Both the position numbers and the translations under genes were made by a program. From the NCBI GenBank assembly GCA_020638735.1, contig JACKHZ010000013.1, positions 277,694 through 341,693 on the forward strand: DNA of 64,000 bases, given 5' to 3'. This document shows positions 1-6,743 of this stretch, piece by piece (position 1 is the stretch's first letter; each line of letters starts with the position of its first letter). The notes below the pieces were generated by a model. That model was not told the origin of the DNA, ran no database searches, and worked only from the letters and a program-made list of their open reading frames with translations. The stretch comes from Planctomycetota bacterium. GTDB lineage: Bacteria > Planctomycetota > UBA1135 > UBA2386.

Positions 1-87
1 AGCTCCACATCAGCAGCAGAACCAGGGAGACGAGCAGCAGAACGGCGCCGCCGACGAGGACGGTGCGAGACGCGGAGGCATTCGGCA
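1..87 (-). CDS. partial CDS (N-terminus only, continues past the left edge); hydrophobic TM/signal-like N-terminus, function unknown
   Basis: The minus-strand ATG at 87 reads MPNASASRTVLVGGAVLLLVSLVLLLMWS..., a short polar stub followed by an L/V-rich helix. It lies 57 nt downstream of the stop of the 145..2106 gene on the same strand. It is too short to appear in the ORF track. Confidence 0.3.
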
Positions 88-144
88 TGGGCGACGAGGG
101 CAGCATCGCCGGAGTGACGACGCAGTGCACGCCATGCGCGGCAA

Positions 145-2106
145 CTACTTCGACGAGATCGGCCGGATCTTCAGGTTGCGGAACGACACCAGGCCGTGGT
201 CGCCCTGCAGCGCCAGGTAGCCCTCGTCGAACCGGGCGAAGCCGGGCATCGACGCGAACTTGCTCGCCGCGAGCCGCTGGTCGAAGTCCTCGCTGTGCAT
301 GACGTAGTCGAAGTACTTCACGCCGTTCATCTCGTGCTCGCAGCGCTGCTTCGTGATCAGCAGCCGTAGATGGTTCCACTCGCCTGCCGGCTTCGTCGCG
401 TCGACTTCGGTCTTGTACAGCGCGTAGAGCCAGCCCGCCTTGTTGGGGTCCTTGCCGTCCTTGTTGTCGAGCAGCTGGCACTCGGGGCCGGTCGCCCACG
501 CCGCACTGCCCTCGTCACTGACGTGGAACATGACGCCGCTGTTGCCGCCGGGAGACATCTTGTAGTCGAGCACCAGCTCGAACTCGCCGTAGCGCGCATC
601 GGTGCACAGGTCGCCGGCGTCGTGCGGATCGGCGCAGACGATCGCGCCCTCGACGACCTGCCAGCCCGGCCGCACCCCGTCGTGGTGGAAGCTGTGCCAG
701 CCCCGCAGATCGACGCCGTTGAACAGCAGCTTCCAGCCGGCGGCCTTCTCCTCGTCGGTCAGCACGTCGAGTCCGGGCGGCGGCACCAGGCTGCTCCGCC
801 AGTCGGCCTCGAGCTCGGCGCGCGGCTTGCCGCACAGCTGCTGCCACAGCGCCTCGTCGTAGGTGCCGCCGCGCAGCGCCGCGTTCAGCTTCGTCACCAG
901 CTCGCGGTCGTGCGTGCGCACGGCCCAGGCCAGGAAATTGGCGCTGATGCGGTAGCTGGCGTCGCTCCTGGCGGTGGCCGGGTCGGCGATGTCGGCGCCG
1001 TGTGACTGCGGCTCGTAGAGAAACCAGCGGATGTAGTCGGCGATGCCTTCGACCGCCCAGCCCGGGCGCTGCCCGCGGTTGCGGCCGCGTCCGCCGTAGC
1101 GCTGCGCCACGTGCACGAGCTCGTGCACGACCGCGCCGATCGCCTCGCCGCGCAGGTTGTCGCGGAACCACGGCGCCGCGCAGACCACGCGCGTGCCGCT
1201 GGTCGCGGCGACGCCCCGCCCCTCGTCGTCGAAGCGCACCGTCAACGCGGCCGGCGCCTCGAAGCCGTCGCTCGGCAGCATGGCGACGATGCGCGGGTAC
1301 CAGTCGAGCAGCACCGGCATCAGCTCGTCGTCGGCCCAGGCCTGCAGGTCCGGTGTCGCGGTGGCGTCGATCGAGATCGTGTAGCGCCCGTCGGCGGTCT
1401 TGCCGACGATCGGCGCCGGGGCCGCCGGCGCCGCCAGCCGCACGTCGATCTCGCTGAAGAACGTGTTGCTCGAGCGGTCGCGTTCGTTGGTCGGCGCGAC
1501 GTCGAACAGCAGGTAGCGCAACGTCGCCTGCGGGCCGTCGCCGAGCTGCACGTCGACCGCGTACTGGCCGCCGGCGCCGCGAGCGTCGTCGGTGCGCGTG
1601 TCGACCTTCGCCAACAGCTGCCAGCCGCATTGCAGCGGATCGGTGCCGCGTCGCGGCGCTGCGTCGAAGCCGGCGGCGGCGCCGTCGGCGACGTACAGCG
1701 TGTAGAGCTGCGGTCCGCGCGGCCCCGGGTGCCACGAGTAGCTGTCGACCCGGGCGACCTTCTGGGCGCTGCCGAGATCGATCGCGAAGCGTCCGCCGTC
1801 GCCGGCGAAGAAGAAGTTCGCGGCCGGCTGGTCACTGCCGCTCGGCAGCCGTCCGTCGTGCAGCACGTCGAGGCCCGGGCTGTTGCGATCGACGCGACCG
1901 TCGACCAGCGTGAAGGTCGCCGTGGCCGCGGCGTCGCTGCGCGCCGGCACCGGCGTCGTCGTCAGGCGGAAGCCCGGCCGGGCTTCGGCGTTGCCGCGAT
2001 GCTCGACCTGCACCACCGCGGGCACGGGCGTCTGGGGAACGGCGAACAGGACGACAGCGGCGATGGGGATCAGCATGCGGCACTCCGGCGGGACGGCGAG
2101 CCGCAC
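145..2106 (-). CDS. secreted multidomain protein: N-terminal beta-sandwich region, central basic-secretory-protein-like metallopeptidase module (HExxH), C-terminal DUF1080 (3-keto-disaccharide hydrolase-like) domain
   Basis: 653-aa ORF with a signal-like N-terminus (MLIPIAAVVLFAVPQTP). It has an HExxH motif (AVVHELVHVAQRY) flanked by GIADYIRWF and ANFLAW. The last ~190 aa (GWKLLFNGVDLRGWH...GNSGVMFH...WNHLRLL...LQGDHGLVSFRNLKIRPI) match the DUF1080 signature. Composition is diverse, unlike the overlapping R/A/P-rich frames. The start could also be the internal ATG at 2076. Confidence 0.8.
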   Translation of the reverse strand: MRLAVPPECRMLIPIAAVVLFAVPQTPVPAVVQVEHRGNAEARPGFRLTTTPVPARSDAAATATFTLVDGRVDRNSPGLDVLHDGRLPSGSDQPAANFFFAGDGGRFAIDLGSAQKVARVDSYSWHPGPRGPQLYTLYVADGAAAGFDAAPRRGTDPLQCGWQLLAKVDTRTDDARGAGGQYAVDVQLGDGPQATLRYLLFDVAPTNERDRSSNTFFSEIDVRLAAPAAPAPIVGKTADGRYTISIDATATPDLQAWADDELMPVLLDWYPRIVAMLPSDGFEAPAALTVRFDDEGRGVAATSGTRVVCAAPWFRDNLRGEAIGAVVHELVHVAQRYGGRGRNRGQRPGWAVEGIADYIRWFLYEPQSHGADIADPATARSDASYRISANFLAWAVRTHDRELVTKLNAALRGGTYDEALWQQLCGKPRAELEADWRSSLVPPPGLDVLTDEEKAAGWKLLFNGVDLRGWHSFHHDGVRPGWQVVEGAIVCADPHDAGDLCTDARYGEFELVLDYKMSPGGNSGVMFHVSDEGSAAWATGPECQLLDNKDGKDPNKAGWLYALYKTEVDATKPAGEWNHLRLLITKQRCEHEMNGVKYFDYVMHSEDFDQRLAASKFASMPGFARFDEGYLALQGDHGLVSFRNLKIRPISSK

Positions 2107-2395
2107 ATCGTCATCGACTGGCGTCGACGATCAAGCCGTGGCGCCGGGGATTGTCCGCGGGCGGCTCGGCACCGGGCGCGACTGCACACCGCACCCGGCG
2201 CGGCCGACACGGCCGGCGAGCGAGCGTCGCCGCGCCGGCGCTCAGCGCGTCTTGAACTGACCGACGACCGCGCTCAGGACGACGACGGATGGCTCGGCAT
2301 CTCGATCAGCTCGACGAGGCCGTGGCGGTCTATGCTGACCCGGCCCTTCTCCTGCAGCGCCTGCCAGACCTCGGGCGGAGATCCAGACAACCTCG

Positions 2396-2758
2396 ATGCT
2401 GAAGAAACTGCTCCGCGGCCTGGTCGTGTCGATGGCGATCGTCGGGGCCTACGCGACGATCCGGTTCCTCCTCTGGCCGCGGCCAGCCGTCGTCTTCGAG
2501 GACGAGAACTGGGTCGTGCTGCGCTCGGCAGGGCAGGCGAGACGCTGTGTCGTCATCGAACGGGATGGCGCGCCGATTCCGGACTTCCCGTTGGAGACCA
2601 ACTCGGACTCCGGAGCCTGGGTCGAGAGAACGGACGCCTCGGGACGAGGGACGTTCGTGTCCTTCGGTGGCCCTGGAGCCACGGCCTGGTTGCCCACCGG
2701 CCACCAGCTTCCATTGCACGACATGGGGTTCACCGTGATCGTCCGTAAGCGACCCTGA
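2396..2758 (+). CDS. hypothetical small membrane-anchored protein
   Basis: 120-aa ORF with one N-terminal TM helix (LLRGLVVSMAIVGAYATIRFLLW). The soluble part has normal residue diversity (FEDENWVVLRSAGQARRCVVIERDGAPIPDFPLETNSDSGAWVERTD). No family recognised. Confidence 0.5.
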   Translation: MLKKLLRGLVVSMAIVGAYATIRFLLWPRPAVVFEDENWVVLRSAGQARRCVVIERDGAPIPDFPLETNSDSGAWVERTDASGRGTFVSFGGPGATAWLPTGHQLPLHDMGFTVIVRKRP

Positions 2759-2828
2759 GCGACCGCACCTCCTCGCTGCCACCACGCCTGTCGCCCCACA
2801 ACGCCCCGACGATAGCCCTCGCGCGGCG

Positions 2829-3010
2829 CATCCGTAAGATCGCCGCCCCCGATGTCCCTCCGTCGCGAAGGCCCCGTCACCGAACGCCTGCTGCGCGTCT
2901 TGCGCGAGCACCCCGGCGCCGACCCCACCCGCACCGGCCCGATGGACGCGCCGATCGCGCCGCATTCGCCGATGTCGCGCCGTTAGCGAGCTGCGGACCT
3001 GCTGCTCACG
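2829..3010 (+). pseudogene. decayed 5' remnant of a TPP-dependent dehydrogenase E1 gene, paralogous to the start of 28468..30789
   Basis: catccgtaagatcgccgcccccgatgtccctccgtcgcgaaggccccgtcaccga at 2829 is nearly identical to 28445-28500. The ATG at 2852 reads MSLRREGPVTERLLRVLREHPGADPTRTGPMDAPIAPHSPMSRR then TAG (2984-2986), versus MSLRREGPVTERLLNLLHSHPGPDRAQSGPLDAPIVPHSAMTRRQ in the full gene. Similarity resumes briefly (ctgcggacctgctg vs ctgcaggacctgctg) after an apparent deletion. Confidence 0.6.
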
Positions 3011-3188
3011 TTCCGCGCGCCGGCGGCGGCTCACTCCGACCAGGTCGGCGAGCCGGATCAGGACTCGGGCGGCCAGCTCGAGGCCTGAACCTTGCGCCTT
3101 ACGGGCAGTTCCGGAGCGTTCATCCGCCCCGTCTGCCCGTCACCTTCGCCACTCCAGGGTGTCTGGCGAACTTGCTGCCGGGCTCGCC

Positions 3189-4457
3189 TTACAGGCTCTC
3201 GGTGTAGTTGCAGCCGGTCTCCGGCGGTGCCTTCCATCCGGAGCAGCCCCAGAACTTCTCGCCCGACTGGCTGTTCGTCCGCACCTTCATCCGAAGGCCG
3301 CAGATAGGACAGAGCTTGATCTCAAGGCTTCGCTGATCCTTCGCCAAAGCGAGGATCCGCACTTCTGAGGCCTTGTTCTTCAAGAGGACGCGAGCGCATT
3401 CAGCAACGGTTTCCCCAGTGGTCAGCACATCATCGACGAGGAGAACGCGGCCGCCGCCCCACGTGTACTTTGACTCGAAGGCGCCCCTGACCGCGGCTGC
3501 ACGGTCGTCGGGCTTCATGTTCTTGTAGCCGTCGATCTCTTTGACGCATCGCAGCCCGTCGACGTACACCTTGATTCCCGAGTCCAGATGCGGCTCGGCG
3601 TGCCCCAGAAGGGCCTCGAACCGATTCCGCGTTTGGCTCGGCTTCGGGGGAACCGGGACGATGAAGTGCGGCTTCCACTTGAGCTTGCTCAGTCCGTCCC
3701 CTAGCGCCTGCCCGAACGCCGCCGCAGGTCCGTCGGCGTTCTTCAAGCTGAGAACATGAGCGGACAGGCGGCTCGACCCGTGGCGGCTGTCCCCGGTCGT
3801 GAAGTAACGGCCGAGCGCGTAGCGCGGAACGCTTCCACCGCAGCGGAGTAACGACCCCAGATGGAGAAGCGGCTCGCCGGCTGCCGCGCGCACCTCGGCG
3901 ACGTACCCGCGCCGCTCGAACTCAGCAACCCCCAACAACCGGTCCGGTCTAAACAGCAGCAGATCCGGAGCGACGCTCGAGAGGCTCTCGAAGTCCTCAA
4001 CACCCCAACCCGCTCCGATCGCCTGGACCCTCGCGTGGTAGCTTGCCTCGAAGTCGATGGCCGCGTCGCCGACGTGGAATGACCGCTTGGGGTCCGCTCC
4101 GAGGCGCTCGAGCGCGAGCTTTATCGGCTCAGGGTCCGGTTTGTGGGCCTCGGTGTCGTGGTACGCGACCAGCTCGTCGTACTCGATGCCGAACGTCTTG
4201 AGGAGTTGCTCGGCGTACCACCGCGGGGAGGCCGTCACGACACCGATCGAGTAGCCGAAGGTCTTGAGCTGCGAGGGGATGTCATGCGGGCGCAGCCCAG
4301 AGCCCTCGAACGCGCGTACGCGATGCATGTTCTGACGCACCCTGGCCCAGTTCTGCAACTGTCGCCAGATCGTCAGCTCCGACGAGTCGACCAGGGTCAT
4401 GTCCAGGTCGAACAGAAACGCCGCGCCGGCCACGGTTCGCGTCCGGCCGTGCGTCAA
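3189..4457 (-). CDS. three-domain protein: HAD-superfamily phosphatase + ComF/GntX-type phosphoribosyltransferase + C-terminal topoisomerase-type C4 zinc ribbon
   Basis: 422-aa ORF. HAD motifs are FLFDLDMTLVDS (DxDxT), VVTAS, HKPDP and VGDAAID. The ComF-like region is YALGRYF...SAHVLSLKNADG, with the PRPP-binding loop GGRVLLVDDVLTTGETV. The C-terminus LCPICGLRMKVRTNSQSGEKFWGCSGWKAPPETGCNY is a Topo-I-type Zn ribbon. Its start overlaps the upstream gene's stop by 4 nt (ATGA at 4454-4457). G+C is lower than the surroundings by eye. Confidence 0.8.
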   Translation of the reverse strand: MTHGRTRTVAGAAFLFDLDMTLVDSSELTIWRQLQNWARVRQNMHRVRAFEGSGLRPHDIPSQLKTFGYSIGVVTASPRWYAEQLLKTFGIEYDELVAYHDTEAHKPDPEPIKLALERLGADPKRSFHVGDAAIDFEASYHARVQAIGAGWGVEDFESLSSVAPDLLLFRPDRLLGVAEFERRGYVAEVRAAAGEPLLHLGSLLRCGGSVPRYALGRYFTTGDSRHGSSRLSAHVLSLKNADGPAAAFGQALGDGLSKLKWKPHFIVPVPPKPSQTRNRFEALLGHAEPHLDSGIKVYVDGLRCVKEIDGYKNMKPDDRAAAVRGAFESKYTWGGGRVLLVDDVLTTGETVAECARVLLKNKASEVRILALAKDQRSLEIKLCPICGLRMKVRTNSQSGEKFWGCSGWKAPPETGCNYTESL

Positions 4458-5770
4458 AACAGCGTGCCCTGGGAGTTCTTGCGCGCCTTCGGCGCGGGCG
4501 GCGCAGTGGCGGCTTGCTCCAAGACCTCGAGGAGTACCTGGTAGTCGTCACGGCTAGCGAAGGCGTTCGCCACCGGTCGACCGGCAAAGTCCCTGCGCAA
4601 CAGTTCCGCGTATTCGCCCTTGGCCTCTACAAGGCTCGCGAACTCCGCGCCGGTCTTCTCCGTGAGCGCGCGAATCCCTCGACTCTTGGGCTCTTCGGTA
4701 TGCGGTCCGCGCGGAACAGGCGCGAACAGACGCCGCCCTTGCATCAAGGTGAACCGCACGGTGTGCATCGACCCTCCGACGATGTCGGTCTGGGCGACGA
4801 TGGTCCCAACGGACATGCCGCTCTGCAGCCGATCCCGATGAACCAGGTTCCGCGGAATCGCAGACGCACCGAACGGTTGTTCACTAAGCAGCGCCCCCCC
4901 TGAAGCCAAGATTCGGTCCGCGAGCGCGGCGTTGGCCTTCGGGTAGATCGCATCTAGGCCGTTGGCAAGAACCGCCACCGTGTGGCCGCCAGCACCGAGG
5001 GCCGCTTCGTGTGCGAGCGCGTCAACGCCGATCGCGAGCCCGCTGACGATGCTCCATCCGCGCTCTGCCAGATGCGTCGTGATGCCCTTCGCAACCTTCA
5101 CTCCAAAGAAGGTCGGCTCACGAGTTCCGATGCATGCAACGGTTCGAGGACCAGACGCAAGGCACCCCCGTACGAACACGACCGGCGGGTGGTCCGGTAT
5201 CGTCTTCAGGTGCATCGGGTATTCGTCGTCCGCGACGGTGTAGAGCTGCACGCCGAGCTCCGCGGCCTGCTCGAGCACCCTCTCCGCGCGGTCCTCCGCC
5301 TGCTGCCACGCAGCATCGTCTTCAAGCGAGCGGAGAGCTGACGACGACACCTCACCGACGAGTTGCGTGGCCATCGCAGCGCTGCGGATCTCGCGCAACA
5401 TCTCGAATCGGCTGGCGAGTCGCTCGGCAGTCTGCGGTCCTACGCCCTTGAGTCCGAGCAGAGTCAGCAGCCCCATGGGCCCTGATGCTCGATGATCAGT
5501 CTCGGTTGCGCCGCGGCCTTCGCCCGGTGGAAGCGGTTCGGCGCTGTAGGTGTTTTGCTCCCGGATTCGGCCGTCTGCGGCGTGGATGAGATGCACCGCA
5601 CTCTCCCGGACCGCCATGGCGCGGGCCGCCTCCACGGCTTCGGCCTGAGTGCGGTAGACCCCCGAGGCGCGCCGGCTCCCCTCCTGGCGGTTCACCCAGC
5701 CGTTGCCTTCTCGGATGGTGTGGATCGTTGTCTTGGCCATGGCTCCTGCCGAACGCTGCGGCTTCTCCAT
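4454..5770 (-). CDS. DUF2188-like N-terminal domain + helix-hairpin-helix + DprA/Smf-family (SLOG Rossmann) domain protein
   Basis: 438-aa ORF. The N-terminus MAKTTIHTIREGNGWVNRQEGSRRASGVYRTQAEAVEAARAMAVRESAVHLIHAADGRI fits DUF2188. The HhH segment is LLGLKGVGPQTAERLASRF. The DprA core is VACIGTREPTFFGVKVA...GWSIVSGLAIGVDALAHEAALGAGGHTVAVLANGLDAIYPKANAALADRILASGGALLSEQPFG...RNLVHRDRLQSGMS. The true start may be the ATG at 5740 (MAKTT). Confidence 0.8.
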   Translation of the reverse strand: MEKPQRSAGAMAKTTIHTIREGNGWVNRQEGSRRASGVYRTQAEAVEAARAMAVRESAVHLIHAADGRIREQNTYSAEPLPPGEGRGATETDHRASGPMGLLTLLGLKGVGPQTAERLASRFEMLREIRSAAMATQLVGEVSSSALRSLEDDAAWQQAEDRAERVLEQAAELGVQLYTVADDEYPMHLKTIPDHPPVVFVRGCLASGPRTVACIGTREPTFFGVKVAKGITTHLAERGWSIVSGLAIGVDALAHEAALGAGGHTVAVLANGLDAIYPKANAALADRILASGGALLSEQPFGASAIPRNLVHRDRLQSGMSVGTIVAQTDIVGGSMHTVRFTLMQGRRLFAPVPRGPHTEEPKSRGIRALTEKTGAEFASLVEAKGEYAELLRRDFAGRPVANAFASRDDYQVLLEVLEQAATAPPAPKARKNSQGTLF

Positions 5771-6071
5771 TATCGACCCTCTCCGCTCCGAAGGCGCCGG
5801 CTTGCCCCCGGAGTCGGGGCCATGGGTCGATTCTCCCCCGGTCCCGCTCGGTCTGGCAACCGATGCGCGTGCGGCGCGTCAGGCTTGCGCTGTCGCTTCA
5901 TCGGGTTCCTCCTCGACTTCAGCCGCCAGCCTTTCATCCGCCCCAGGTTCTCGATGGCTCCGCGCTCTTCGAGTTCGCGCAAGCCATGCGCCCGTCGAAT
6001 GCGGAGAACCGCCGCCGCCTCGATCGCCGGGCCCGGTGCCGATGGGTTGCCGAAACGCACGATGCACATGG

Positions 6072-6621
6072 GGGGATAGGTAGTCCAAGCTGCAATCCGG
6101 ACCACCCGAACCGCACCGCCGCAACGATCCTCGGCCCTTCGACACCCGTCAACCCGCCTCTGGATCCCGCCCATCCCGGGGAACCTTGCCGAAATCCCCC
6201 TTCCAGCCAACACCGCGCCCCCGCCGCGCCCCTCTGGCCGCGGCCTCAGCTCCCTCACCTCACGCGCCCCACCACTCCGCCTCTCCCGGCGGCGCCCGCG
6301 CCGGCGCTACTTGCGCCACCTCACACGGCAACCCTATCGCCCGCAGCACCTTCTCGATCGCATCCGGCGCGGTGATCGCCGCCAGCAGCCGACGCACGCC
6401 GCCGCAATGCGGACAGACGAGCACGTCGATCGCGAACACCCGCCGCAGCAGTTCCGCCCACGGATAGCGGCGACGACGCATCGTCGCGCAACCCGGCCGA
6501 CCGCCGTTCGGTGCATGCGGGACCGTTCTGCGTCTCAGGCGCAACGCGAGCACCGCCTGCACGGCCCGCTGCTCCGGCACCGCATCGACGCCTTCGTCCG
6601 CCACCGCCTCTACCTCATCCA
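6072..6621 (-). mobile_element. IS91-family element, fragment A: oriIS-like end plus the last ~120 codons of the transposase (5'-truncated pseudogene)
   Basis: Shares ...VRRLLAAITAPDAIEKVLRAIGLPCEVAQVAPARAPPG..WWGA and the ~190-bp non-coding tail with copies at 14281, 20152 and 27001. On the transposase-sense strand the tail ends ...GGACTACCTATCCCC, resembling my recollection of the IS91/ISCR oriIS terminus (..CCTATCC). Homology to copy B stops after tacctcatcca (6621). The non-coding tail is the most diverged of the four. Confidence 0.8.
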
Positions 6622-6743
6622 GTTCCTTACGGCCTGCGTCGGACCGAACATTGGTTCCGCGATCGCGCCGCAGCCGCAGAAACGTGGCAGTCGCGAGGGC
6701 CCTGCTGGCGCAGAGGCGGGTGCACGTGACCGTGCACACCCCG

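Noticed and set aside
2255-2395. Short minus-strand reading frame ending about 2275 (..PPEVWQALQEKGRVSIDRHGLVELIEMPSHPSSS*) upstream of the 2396 gene
   Set aside because: The composition looks peptide-like. However, it is under 60 codons, has no clear start, overlaps the promoter region and start of 2396..2758, and matches no recognisable family.
5771-6071. Possible small gene on the minus strand starting at the IS91-A boundary (MCIVRFGNPSAPGPAIEAAAVLRIRRAHGLRELEERGAIENLGRMKGWRLKSRRN...)
   Set aside because: The first ~45 residues look moderately coding-like, but the rest is R/P/G-rich and no family or motif is recognisable. It may be a remnant of a gene cut by the IS. Evidence is insufficient to call it.
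6610-6630. GTTC/GAAC tetranucleotides near some IS91 junctions (e.g. cca|gttcc at 6621, cgaac next to the copy D end) as bona fide IS91 target or termination sites
   Set aside because: They are present at only some junctions, at variable offsets, and such tetramers are frequent by chance. They are not a reliable signal without a proper alignment to reference IS91 ends.
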